A stretch of 59,221 nt of DNA. Origin: an uncultured bacterium. Lineage in GTDB: Bacteria > Lernaellota > Lernaellaia > Lernaellales > Lernaellaceae. Location: NCBI GenBank assembly GCA_964534375.1, contig CAZHPN010000009.1, forward strand, positions 1-59,221, written 5' to 3'. Within the stretch, counting starts at the first letter, position 1. The number at the start of each line of letters is the position of its first letter. This document shows, piece after piece, positions 10,009 to 18,888 of this stretch. Made by a program: the position numbers and the translations under genes. The notes under the pieces are model-generated. The model was not told the DNA's origin and did no database searches. It saw nothing but the letters and a program-made list of their open reading frames with translations.

Positions 10009-10968
10009 TTACTGCGGACTTTTGGCGGCGGGCTCTTCGGCCGCAACGGCCGGCGCCTGGCCGCTAAGTTTCACGTCGATGAGCGTGTCGAGCGACGCGG
10101 CGACCACATGGGCGATCGCGGCATATCCGGCCGCGCTGGGGCGCAGATCGTCTTGCAACAATTCGTGCACATCGTTGTCGTACGGCAGGCCGAAATTGCC
10201 GGCGTCGATGACGATCAGGCCGGGCTCGCTGCGCAATTCCTGCAAGGCGCTGCGCATCTCGGGGCTGGGGAACGGACTGCCGATCAGCACCAGTTGGGTT
10301 TTTTTCTCGGCGCACAAACGATTGGCGGCCTGGACGTCGGCCACCAGCCACGATTTCAGCCAGTCGGGGTTGGCCAACGCGAGCTTCGCCACGAGCGGAT
10401 TGACGTTCGGGTCGTTGGGAAAATACAGCTTTTTCGCGCCGAGCAATCCGTACGAGCGCACCGCGGCAAGGAAGTGCAGCACGCGCAATCCGCGGACGGC
10501 GCGCCGCACGCGATCCAGCGAATCGCGACCGTTCAGCATCGGGGTGGCCAGCCGCCAATTCCAAAGGTTGTCGGCGCCGACGGTGAGCAGCACGAACGTC
10601 GGCCGCAGGCCCCATTTGAGCGCCTGATCCAACAGCAACAGCGTTTCGGAACTGTTCGCGGTGGGCCGCCCGCCGTTGATGGCCTGGCAACGCCGCGCGC
10701 CGAACCGCGCATCCAAGAGCGCCTGCATTTGGCCGGGATAACTTTTCGCCGCCGGGACGCCGACGCCCGCCGTCAGGCCGTCGCCCAGGCAGAGCAATTT
10801 GATTTTGGCGTCGCGGCGGGCCTGCCAGCGCAACGAGAAGGCGCCCGAACGCCGCAGGCCGCACTCGGCGGCGGTCAGCGCGACCAGCAGCGCGAGCGCC
10901 GCCGCGGCGCCGGCATGCACCCAGCGTCGCGTGCGGCGGTTCCAGCGTCGCGTCAACTCGCCGAACAT
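10009..10968 (-). CDS. Membrane-anchored SGNH/GDSL-fold protein, catalytic residues substituted
   Basis: Likely start ATG 10968 (MFGELTRR), overlapping the upstream stop. N-terminal TM helix; blocks CLGDGLTAG, INGG, VGADN, DDLRP align to GDSL blocks I, II, III and V. Confidence 0.75.
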   Translation of the reverse strand: MFGELTRRWNRRTRRWVHAGAAAALALLVALTAAECGLRRSGAFSLRWQARRDAKIKLLCLGDGLTAGVGVPAAKSYPGQMQALLDARFGARRCQAINGGRPTANSSETLLLLDQALKWGLRPTFVLLTVGADNLWNWRLATPMLNGRDSLDRVRRAVRGLRVLHFLAAVRSYGLLGAKKLYFPNDPNVNPLVAKLALANPDWLKSWLVADVQAANRLCAEKKTQLVLIGSPFPSPEMRSALQELRSEPGLIVIDAGNFGLPYDNDVHELLQDDLRPSAAGYAAIAHVVAASLDTLIDVKLSGQAPAVAAEEPAAKSPQ

Positions 10969-12437
10969 CCCAGGTATCTCCACATGTCGAAACGGTCCAG
11001 CAGCCGGTGCAGCCCATGGTTGATGTCGTGGTTGTCGCAGTGACGGCACGCGTCGGTGAAGAGCGTCGCGCCGTCGCGCAACCGCGGGCCCGCGCCGGGC
11101 CGCAACTGCTTGGCCGCGAGCCGCGCCTGCGAATATAACCCGCCGGCCCACAATTCGCGGAACGGCCCGTCCGCGAGGTTGGCGACCGGCTTCACGTCGC
11201 AACAGAACGACAGGTCGCCGTTGGCTTTGGCGAGCCCCAGCGCGAAACCGATGAAGCAGCCCTTCTCGATGAACACGTCGCTCGACCAGGCCTCCGGCCG
11301 GTCGCCGGCGTGCTCCAGTTGCAGCAGATACGGCTCCCACAGCGCCAGCCCGCGCGCGCGGCAATAATCCGCCAGCGCCGGCGCGCGCTCGCGAAGCTGC
11401 GCCAGGTCGGCGGCGTCGAGCGCCAGCGCGCGGTTGTGTTCGTCGACGCGCAGCAGTTGCGGGCGCAGGCCGTCGAAGCCCAGGCCCGACGCGAGCGCGG
11501 CCATCGCCGGCAGTTCGACGGCGTTGCGGTTGCAAATGACGTTCACCATCCACGCCGCCGGTTTGCCGCCGTTCGCCGCGCGGCGCGCGAACAGCCGCCG
11601 CAGGTTGGCCAGCAGCGTGTCCCAATCGGATTCGTCGACATCGGCGTGCAGGGCGGTGTAGGTGGCGGGCGTCGCGGCGCTGATCGTGCAGAACATCTCG
11701 TCGACGCCCGCTTCGACGACGAGGCGCGAGAGGTCGTCGTCGAGCGCCAGGCCGTTGGTGAAAAAATTGACGCGCAGCCCGCGTTGCTTGGCGTATTGCA
11801 CCATCAGCGGGAAATCCGGGTGCAGCGTCGGCTCGCCGTTGGCGAGAATCGTCACGCCCTGCGTGCCCATGCGCGCGAGATCGTCGACCGTGCGCGCGAA
11901 CGTTGCGAACGGCAGCATCCCGGCGAGGAATTCGCGGCTCGGCCGCCGGCTCGGCGCATGGATATTGCAGTAGCGGCAGCGCGCGTTGCAGCGGTTGACT
12001 GTCTCGAAGACGAACCACTGCGGACCGACCAGCGCCGTGTCGCAGACGATGCCCAGCGCGCGCAGCAAGTCGACCTCGTTGCCGCCATCGGCGCGGGCGG
12101 CGACGTGCGCGAGCAGCGGCGCGAGCAGCGGATCGGCGACGACGACCTCGACGCCCCGCGGCCGGCCGGCGTCGGCGAGGCGCGCGAGATGTTCGGCGAA
12201 GCGGCCGGCGAGCGTCGCCGGCGGGTGCGGATCGAGCGGCGGCAGTTCCGCCGCGCCGCCGCGCCGCCGGCAGGCGAGTTCGACAATCGCCGCCAACGCA
12301 AACACGTTGGCCCGTCGCGCTTCGACGACGACGCGTGCGGCGGCGGGCAAGGCCCGTTCGGCTTCGGCGAAGGCGCCGGCGCGGCCGGCCAGCCGGTCGT
12401 GCAGTTCGGGGCCCGCACCGAGCAGTGTCACGGCCAT
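10953..12437 (-). CDS. Radical SAM protein with C-terminal SPASM/Twitch-like Cys domain
   Basis: CNARCRYC, NGEPTLHP, FFTNG; C-terminal GC...LSFCC...CRHCDN. Confidence 0.9.
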   Translation of the reverse strand: MAVTLLGAGPELHDRLAGRAGAFAEAERALPAAARVVVEARRANVFALAAIVELACRRRGGAAELPPLDPHPPATLAGRFAEHLARLADAGRPRGVEVVVADPLLAPLLAHVAARADGGNEVDLLRALGIVCDTALVGPQWFVFETVNRCNARCRYCNIHAPSRRPSREFLAGMLPFATFARTVDDLARMGTQGVTILANGEPTLHPDFPLMVQYAKQRGLRVNFFTNGLALDDDLSRLVVEAGVDEMFCTISAATPATYTALHADVDESDWDTLLANLRRLFARRAANGGKPAAWMVNVICNRNAVELPAMAALASGLGFDGLRPQLLRVDEHNRALALDAADLAQLRERAPALADYCRARGLALWEPYLLQLEHAGDRPEAWSSDVFIEKGCFIGFALGLAKANGDLSFCCDVKPVANLADGPFRELWAGGLYSQARLAAKQLRPGAGPRLRDGATLFTDACRHCDNHDINHGLHRLLDRFDMWRYLGCSAS

Positions 12438-13990
12438 GCGGGCAAGTCCCGGCGCAACAGGCGCCGCAGGCCGAGCCGGTCCAGGTCAGCCAACGCCTGG
12501 TTGTTGAATTCGTAATTGCCGCACCAATCGCAATCCGGGCCGAGCAGCGGTCCGCCGCAGCTTTCGTCGACGAGGTCCGGGTTGACGCGTTCGTCGAAGG
12601 CTTTCGCCGCCTGGCGCAATTGGCGATAGCGCTCGGCGAACCAGATGTCGCGCAGGCGCCCGCGTTTGAGCGAACCGACGATCTTGTCGTGGCAGCAAAA
12701 GCTCAACCGGCCGTCGGAAAAGCTGCGGCCGAAAAACCAGCCGGCGAGGCAACCGGTTTCACGGTAGAGGCCGCGGCTCCAGTGATGCGGCGCCGCGTGC
12801 GCCGGCTGCGCGAACGCCTCGCCAACCCCGGCCAGTTGAAAGTCGATGTTGGCGGCGATGGCCACGCCGGCGCGCTCGGCTTTGACGCGGGCGCGCTCGA
12901 GCTGGCGCACGACGTCCGCATGCTGGGCGGGCGTGAGCAACAGGTCGGCCATGTTCGCGCCGCACTGGTGCATGACCTGATAGCGCACGGCGTCGACGCC
13001 GACGGCGATCGCCAGGTCCATCGCCGCCTCGCATTCGTGCGCGTTCAGCCGGTTGATGACGTGCGCCTGAATGACGTACGGCTTGTTGTTTTTCGCGCGT
13101 TTTTTCCGGACAAGCGCCGCTGCGCGGTCGACCAGCGGGCGGAACCGCGCCGCCGCTTGGGCCGGCTGCAGTTGGGCGAACGTGGCCGGGCTCGCCGCCG
13201 AGAGCGACCAGTACAGAATATCGAGATCGACCTCGACGAGCGCGTCGGCCGCGGCGTCGTCGAGCGCGAGGCCGTTGGAGAACAGGGTCAGCGCGAGGCC
13301 CTTGGCGCGCGCCAGGCGGAGCATGTCGAAGATGCGCGGGTGCGTGAGCGGCTCGCCCTCGCCGGAAAACAGCACGTCCTCCGTCGCGCCGATCGCCGCC
13401 AGATCGTCGATCAGCCCGGCGAAGGTCTCCAGGTCGATGCGGCCGGTCGACCAGCCCTCGGTGAAGCGCCGCCCGCGGGCGTTCGGGCCCGGCCCGCCGA
13501 GACGCGGCGAATGCAGGCCGCAAAACACGCAGTTGGTGTTGCAGGCGTTGGCGACGTCGAGGTGAAACGTGTGCGGGCCGATGAAACAGCCGTCGGTCAG
13601 CGCGCCGAGCAGGCGCAACAGGTTGGCGCGCGTTGCCGGCGTGGCGTGGGCGTCGAAGACGCCGAGCAGCGTCTCCAGTTCGGGCGCCGGCTCGCCGATT
13701 GCGACGCTCGCGCCGCGCAGCCGGTCGCGCAACGCGTTCGCATAGGCGGCCCAGGCGGGCGCCAGCTTTTCGTGATCCTGCGGCCGAAAATCCGCGAGGT
13801 CGGCCCAGCGCCCGCGCAGCGACAGCGCCCAGCGCGCCACGCGGCCCAGCCGCCAGAAATTTTGCGGCGTGGGGATGACGACCGCCGTCGCCCCGTCGCG
13901 GATCGCCGCCGCCGCGGGCGCGAACGAACCGGCGCCCGCGCGGGCCTCGTGGTCGGTCGGTCCGTCGGCGTAGAGCAGGGCTTCAGGCAT
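12428..13990 (-). CDS. Radical SAM protein with C-terminal SPASM/Twitch-like Cys domain
   Basis: Start ATG 13990 (MPEALL) overlaps the upstream stop. CNTNCVFC, GEGEPLTHP, LFSNG; C-terminal GC...LSFCC...CDWCGNY. Confidence 0.9.
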   Translation of the reverse strand: MPEALLYADGPTDHEARAGAGSFAPAAAAIRDGATAVVIPTPQNFWRLGRVARWALSLRGRWADLADFRPQDHEKLAPAWAAYANALRDRLRGASVAIGEPAPELETLLGVFDAHATPATRANLLRLLGALTDGCFIGPHTFHLDVANACNTNCVFCGLHSPRLGGPGPNARGRRFTEGWSTGRIDLETFAGLIDDLAAIGATEDVLFSGEGEPLTHPRIFDMLRLARAKGLALTLFSNGLALDDAAADALVEVDLDILYWSLSAASPATFAQLQPAQAAARFRPLVDRAAALVRKKRAKNNKPYVIQAHVINRLNAHECEAAMDLAIAVGVDAVRYQVMHQCGANMADLLLTPAQHADVVRQLERARVKAERAGVAIAANIDFQLAGVGEAFAQPAHAAPHHWSRGLYRETGCLAGWFFGRSFSDGRLSFCCHDKIVGSLKRGRLRDIWFAERYRQLRQAAKAFDERVNPDLVDESCGGPLLGPDCDWCGNYEFNNQALADLDRLGLRRLLRRDLPAWP

Positions 13991-15011
13991 GGGCCGGCTC
14001 GTCGAGAAACCGCTCGTGCGCCTCGGGCGTGAAGACGCGGAACGCGCAATTCTCGCAGGGAATCGGCGGCGGTTCCCGCCGCTGCAGGAACCCGCGCGCG
14101 GCGCGCATCGGCGGCGCGTTCCACAGGTCGAACGGGTTGTCCTGCGGCACACGGCCGAGGCGCAGCCCGGGCCGCGCCGACTCGAACAACGCCGAGCAGC
14201 AGCCCTGCACGACGCCGTTGCTGCGAAAGGCGAGCAGGCGGTAGGGCTGGTCGCACGGCTGCACGCCGCCGAGCGGCGGCAGCTCGAGGCGAACGCCGGC
14301 CGCGGCGGCGACGAGTTGGGCGGCGGCGAACGCCGCCTGCGCCGCCTCGGGCCGGCGCAAGGCGCTGTCGCCGGCCTGCGCGCGCGTGTAGATTTTTTGG
14401 TGATGGACGGCGACGGACTTCGCCTTGCACGCGCCGGCCAACTTGACGATCGCCGGCAACTCGTCGAGGTTGTCGCGCCGCAGCGTGACGTTGAACCCGA
14501 TGCTGATTCCGGGTTTCGCGGCGCGCAGGCGACCGATCGCGGCCCACAACTCGCCGCGGGCGTAGCCGCGGCGCCGCGGCAGGGTCGCGTCATCGGCGCC
14601 GTCCACGCTGAAAAGGATTTCGTCGAGGCCGGCCCGCGCCAGCCGGGACGCGTGCGCGTCGCTCAGGTTGCCCTGGCCGGTGATCAGCGAGGTGCCGCAG
14701 CCGGCGTGCTGTGCGGCGCGAATGACGGCCGGCGTGATCTCGGCCAGCAACGGCTCGCCGTAGCCGCCGATCACCACGCGTTCGGCGTAGGTGAACAGCG
14801 GGGCGATGCGGGCGAGCAGCGCCGCGGAGAGATCGCCGGGAGGATTGGCCCGCGGGTCGTAAAAATTGCGCGCGCACGTGGGGCAATTGCGCGCACACCG
14901 GTTGGTCGGTTCGATGAGAATCTCGGTCGGCAGGCTGGCGAGCCTGGTCTTGCCTCGGGCGCGTTCGCCGCGCTGCAGGGCTAGATTGCACTCGCGGGCT
15001 CGGGGGTCCAT
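13983..15011 (-). CDS. Radical SAM/SPASM-Twitch protein
   Basis: Start ATG 15011 in a TGATG overlap with wzt. CARNCPTC, GGYGEPLL; C-terminal CDQPY...VQGCC...PCENC. Confidence 0.9.
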   Translation of the reverse strand: MDPRARECNLALQRGERARGKTRLASLPTEILIEPTNRCARNCPTCARNFYDPRANPPGDLSAALLARIAPLFTYAERVVIGGYGEPLLAEITPAVIRAAQHAGCGTSLITGQGNLSDAHASRLARAGLDEILFSVDGADDATLPRRRGYARGELWAAIGRLRAAKPGISIGFNVTLRRDNLDELPAIVKLAGACKAKSVAVHHQKIYTRAQAGDSALRRPEAAQAAFAAAQLVAAAAGVRLELPPLGGVQPCDQPYRLLAFRSNGVVQGCCSALFESARPGLRLGRVPQDNPFDLWNAPPMRAARGFLQRREPPPIPCENCAFRVFTPEAHERFLDEPAHA

Positions 15012-16252
15012 CAGCCGTCCGCCAGTTTTGTCACCGACCAGCGGCACGGCACGCGGGCTAGGCCGCCGCCGTCGGCGCGGTCGCTGCAAATGGTGATGAT
15101 GTGCTGAAATTCCTGCACGTCGTACGGCGTGCGGGCCGTGAAACTCTTGTATTCGTCGGGCCAGACGCCAATGTTGGCATAGTAGTCGCCAGCCAGCAGG
15201 TTCAATTCGTCGATGCGGCAGCGCGCCTCATAACGGCCCCGCATCTTGCCGAGGTGCAATTCCTGACGATAGGTGTTCGCGCCGAAGACCAGCGTGCCGT
15301 CGTTGCGGAGGAATTGCAGCCGGATGCACGGATTGTCGATTTCCTCGTTGACCTCGATCACCAGCCGTGCGACCAACGGCCGGCCCGTGCGGAAAACGGC
15401 GGCCGACGCGTCGGACTCGTCGAGAAAAGCGGCGTCGACGATCTTCGCGCCGGCGACTCGCTCGGTGCAGCACGACAGCACGTCGTCGTACACCGGCGTC
15501 GCGGCGCTTTCGATGCGGGCGTAGCGGTCGTCGCAATCCTGGATGTATTTCTGCACGACCTGCTCGGTGCGGTCGAGCATGCCGATCTCGCCGCCGGCCA
15601 GCAGAATGAGCCGATCGCAGAACGCCGAAATGTCCGACAGGCTGTGGCTGGAGATGAGGATCGTCTTGCCCTGCTCGCGAAAGGCGCGGATCGCGTTGAT
15701 GCACTTGCGCTGGAACAGATAATCGCCGACGGCCAGCACCTCGTCGATCAGCAGGACGTCGAACGGTACGTGGATCGCCACGGAAAAGCCCAGCCGCACC
15801 GTCATCCCCGCGCTGTAGGTCTTGATCGGGTGATCGATGCGCTCTCCCAATCCGGAAAACTCGTGAATCTTGGGGAAAAGTTCCTCGCCCTGGGCCGCCG
15901 ACAACCCGAGCAGCGCGCACTTGGTCAGGATGTTCTGCCGGCCCGAAAATTCCGGATTGAAGCCGATCGTCGGATCGAGGATGTAACTGACGCGCCCATT
16001 GATCTCGATGTCGCCGGTCGTGGGGAACGACGTTTGCGCGAGCAGCCGCAGCAGCGTCGACTTGCCGCTGCCGTTGTCGCCGATGACGCCGACGCACTCG
16101 CCGGTGTCGACCTCGAATGACAGGTCGTGCAGCGCCCGTTTCGTCTCGTGGTACGTCCGCCGATTGAAGGTCAGCAATTCGAGAAACTTCTGCGCGCGTC
16201 GCGAGTAGATCTTGTAGTCTTTCGTCAGGTTGCGGACGACGACGGCCTTCAT
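15011..16252 (-). CDS. wzt: Polysaccharide ABC exporter ATP-binding subunit with C-terminal Wzt_C-like domain
   Basis: GDNGSGKST Walker A, YSAGMTVRLGFS signature, LLIDEVLAVGD Walker B, C-terminal beta domain. Start ATG 16252 in an ATGA overlap. Confidence 0.93.
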   Translation of the reverse strand: MKAVVVRNLTKDYKIYSRRAQKFLELLTFNRRTYHETKRALHDLSFEVDTGECVGVIGDNGSGKSTLLRLLAQTSFPTTGDIEINGRVSYILDPTIGFNPEFSGRQNILTKCALLGLSAAQGEELFPKIHEFSGLGERIDHPIKTYSAGMTVRLGFSVAIHVPFDVLLIDEVLAVGDYLFQRKCINAIRAFREQGKTILISSHSLSDISAFCDRLILLAGGEIGMLDRTEQVVQKYIQDCDDRYARIESAATPVYDDVLSCCTERVAGAKIVDAAFLDESDASAAVFRTGRPLVARLVIEVNEEIDNPCIRLQFLRNDGTLVFGANTYRQELHLGKMRGRYEARCRIDELNLLAGDYYANIGVWPDEYKSFTARTPYDVQEFQHIITICSDRADGGGLARVPCRWSVTKLADG

Positions 16253-17493
16253 CGATGCTCCGGCAAAGACGGCAACGCTCCGAACTCCCGCGCGCGCCGC
16301 GCGCAGCATTCATTCAGCAGGTAATTGTAGCAGTAATCGCATTGTTCGTCGCGCAGCCAGCCGCCGTCCGGCAATCGGCAGTTGGCGCCGCTCGGCAGGG
16401 CCAGCGCCGCCCGCCGCGCCGCCTGCAGCGGCTCGCTCAGCCAGTGCTCGGCCAGCGTCGTTGAGCCGGCGTCGCCGAAGAATTTCAGACCGCAGCAGAA
16501 GCCGATCGCGCCGTCGCGGCGGACGCGGACCATCTCCAGGCCGGCGAAACAAGGGATGCGATCGTACAGGCCTTTCGCGTACAGCCCGGTCTCCGGGTCG
16601 ACGTGGTCGAGTTGGAATTCGAGGTTGTCGTGAATGTCGACGCCCGCGGCGGCCGCGAGGCGGCGCGCCTCGCGCAGCTCCAGCCGCAGCGAATTCAACT
16701 CGGCCGGACCCAGGCGCAACGGCCGCGCGGCGTCGTTGATTTCCGTGAGTTTGTACTGCACCTCGTCGACGCCCAGCTCGATCGCCCGCCGGATCATCGG
16801 CAGCATCTCGCGCACGTTGATCCGGTTGAGGACATGCGCGACGCCGACGCGCAGCCCGGGCGGGCGGCGCGCCACGAGGCCGGCGATGACCGCCTCGATC
16901 CGCGAATAATGCGCCGGCGCCATTTCCGGGCGGAAGGCCGCCCAGGTCTGCGGCGTCGCCGCGCTCAACGAGAAAAACACTCGCGCGTTCGGCGCGTCGG
17001 CGAAAAGGGCGATCGTTTCGTCCGTCCAGTCGAGGCCGTTGGTGTAAATGTCGAAAATCGCCGGCTGGCGCTTGAGCAGGCCGAGCAATTCGGCGAAATG
17101 CGAATGGCGCAGCGTCTCGCCGGCGCCGACGATCGGCAGCAATTCGGCGCCCAGTTCCGCCGCTTCGGCGATCAGCCGCGCCGCGAGGGCGAACGGCATT
17201 TCGCGATTGCGCCAGTGCTCGCGGCCCGTCACGTACGGCGAATGATCGCGGCAATAGATGCAATTGGAGCCGCAGACGCCGACGACATCGAGCTGCACGA
17301 CGCGCGGCCCGGCGTAAACCTCGCCGGTCAGCGCGCTCAGCAGGCGCAACGCCGCGCGGCGCTCGGCCGGCGGCAGGTCCGCGGCGCCCGCCCGCGCAAC
17401 CAATTGGGCGGCCCCGGGGGCGGCGTCGGGGGGCAGGTCGGCCGCGGCCGCGGCGGCGGCGAGATCCAGATCGAATAGACGGCGACGGTCCAT
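16249..17493 (-). CDS. Radical SAM protein with C-terminal SPASM/Twitch-like Cys domain
   Basis: CGSNCIYC, GAGETLRH, IYTNG; C-terminal PCFAG...IGFCC...CDYCYNY. Confidence 0.9.
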   Translation of the reverse strand: MDRRRLFDLDLAAAAAAADLPPDAAPGAAQLVARAGAADLPPAERRAALRLLSALTGEVYAGPRVVQLDVVGVCGSNCIYCRDHSPYVTGREHWRNREMPFALAARLIAEAAELGAELLPIVGAGETLRHSHFAELLGLLKRQPAIFDIYTNGLDWTDETIALFADAPNARVFFSLSAATPQTWAAFRPEMAPAHYSRIEAVIAGLVARRPPGLRVGVAHVLNRINVREMLPMIRRAIELGVDEVQYKLTEINDAARPLRLGPAELNSLRLELREARRLAAAAGVDIHDNLEFQLDHVDPETGLYAKGLYDRIPCFAGLEMVRVRRDGAIGFCCGLKFFGDAGSTTLAEHWLSEPLQAARRAALALPSGANCRLPDGGWLRDEQCDYCYNYLLNECCARRAREFGALPSLPEHR

Positions 17494-17523
17494 GGTATTA
17501 CGTTCAGCGCAGATCGCAGTGCG

Positions 17524-17560
17524 CTCCGTGCGCTCTGTGCCTTCCTCTGTGTCCTCTGTG
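17524..17560. repeat. Short tandem repeat cassette, CTCTGTG core with ~9-bp period
   Basis: CTCCGTG-cg-CTCTGTG-ccttc-CTCTGTG-tc-CTCTGTG in the only gap of the wzm operon. Confidence 0.75.
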
Positions 17561-17574
17561 TTTAGAGTTGTTCA

Positions 17575-18369
17575 TCACAGCAGGTCGGCGAAATCGCGCG
17601 ACAGCCGGCGGAAGAGCGCGACGCCGATCAGGAACACGAGAAACGAGAACAGGCCGAGATAGGCGAAGGCCCACAATTCCGGCACTTCATTGCTGAGCAA
17701 GGCCGACCGATACGCGCCGATCAGCGGCGTCATCGGGTTGAAATAGAGAACGCGCGACAGCCACGGCTGCACCAGCGTGATCGGGTAAATGATCGGCGTC
17801 GCGAAAAACCACAACGTGAGCACCGCGGCGATGAACTGGCCGACGTCTTTGTAAAAAACGTGCAGCGACGAGACGATCAGCCCGAAGCCGAGCGTCAGGA
17901 CAAATTGCAGCGGAATGATGAACACCAGGCCGAGCGCCAGCCACGACGGCGGCTGGCCGAGCACGAACAGAATGACGATGAAAATCGCCAGCGCGATTAG
18001 CTCGTGCAGGAAGCTGGAGAGCAGCACGTGCACCGGCAGCAGCGCGGTCGGAAACTTCACTTGCTTGACCAGGTTCTTGTTTTCGAGAATCGACGTGCTC
18101 GATTTCTGCACCGCCTCGGAGAAGGCGATCCACGGCAGCATGCCGGCGAAGAGAAAAATTCCGTAGTTGGCCGTGCCGGCGTTGCCGCCGACGTTCACTT
18201 CGAGAATATAGCCGAAGACGATGGTGTAGATGAGAATCTGCAGCAGCGGATTGAGCACCGACCAGAAAAACCCGATGAAGCTGGCGCCGTAGCGCTTGCG
18301 CATGTCCAACGCCACCAGACTCCACAGGAGCCGCCGCTGCTCGAGGATGGCGCCGAATTGGTTGTTCAT
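17575..18369 (-). CDS. wzm: Polysaccharide ABC exporter permease (ABC-2)
   Basis: RKRYGASFIGFFWSVLNPLL, GMLPWIAFSEA, NLVKQVKFP, WFFATPIIYP, FNPMT; about six TM helices. Confidence 0.93.
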   Translation of the reverse strand: MNNQFGAILEQRRLLWSLVALDMRKRYGASFIGFFWSVLNPLLQILIYTIVFGYILEVNVGGNAGTANYGIFLFAGMLPWIAFSEAVQKSSTSILENKNLVKQVKFPTALLPVHVLLSSFLHELIALAIFIVILFVLGQPPSWLALGLVFIIPLQFVLTLGFGLIVSSLHVFYKDVGQFIAAVLTLWFFATPIIYPITLVQPWLSRVLYFNPMTPLIGAYRSALLSNEVPELWAFAYLGLFSFLVFLIGVALFRRLSRDFADLL

Positions 18370-18377
18370 TGCGTTCG

Positions 18378-18386
18378 AGTATAGCA
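18378..18386 (-). promoter_or_regulatory. Extended -10 element TGcTATACT for the wzm operon
   Basis: Minus strand reads TGCTATACT, ending 8 nt before ATG 18369; no RBS visible. Confidence 0.55.
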
Positions 18387-18549
18387 CAATTTCGCCTCCG
18401 CCGACGGTTGCTCCGCGACGGCGTTCGGCCGGTTGCGGGGCATTGCATCGCGCGCCGCCGGGTGTAGAAATACAGGCGCTGACGCCCGGCGCACGCCTTG
18501 GCCGGCGCGCGGATGATTAACTTATTTTGGATGAAGAGGAAGCGCCGCG

Positions 18550-18864
18550 ATGCCGATCTATGAATATGAACATACGGCCGAAACGTGCGGCCTGGGCAAG
18601 GTGTTCGAGCTGCGCCAATCGCTCGCCGACGCGCCGCTCACGGAATGCCCGTCGTGCGGCGGTCCGGTGCGCAAGCTCGTTTCGCGCACCAACGTCAACA
18701 CGCCGAAAACCAACAGCGAACTCAAGAATCTCGGCTTCACCAAGCTGGTCAAACGCGATGACGGCGTCTACGAAAACGTTACGGCGCGCAACAAGGAAAG
18801 CCGCTACGTGCACCGCGACAAGCCGGAAACCCTGCCCGATCTGAAAAAAACGATCACCGATTGA
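18550..18864 (+). CDS. FmdB-family zinc-ribbon protein
   Basis: MPIYEYE...C...FELRQ...CPSCGGPVRKLVS; GAGGA RBS. Confidence 0.9.
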   Translation: MPIYEYEHTAETCGLGKVFELRQSLADAPLTECPSCGGPVRKLVSRTNVNTPKTNSELKNLGFTKLVKRDDGVYENVTARNKESRYVHRDKPETLPDLKKTITD

Positions 18865-18888
18865 AGCGCGGCGCGGCGGCCGCCGCGC

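Noticed and set aside
10969..14593. Long N-terminal extensions of ORFs 10009..12018 and 12428..14593, suggesting fusions or overlapping genes
   Set aside because: The extensions are Arg/Ala/Pro-rich off-frame readings of neighbouring rSAM genes; internal ATGs give normal short overlaps.
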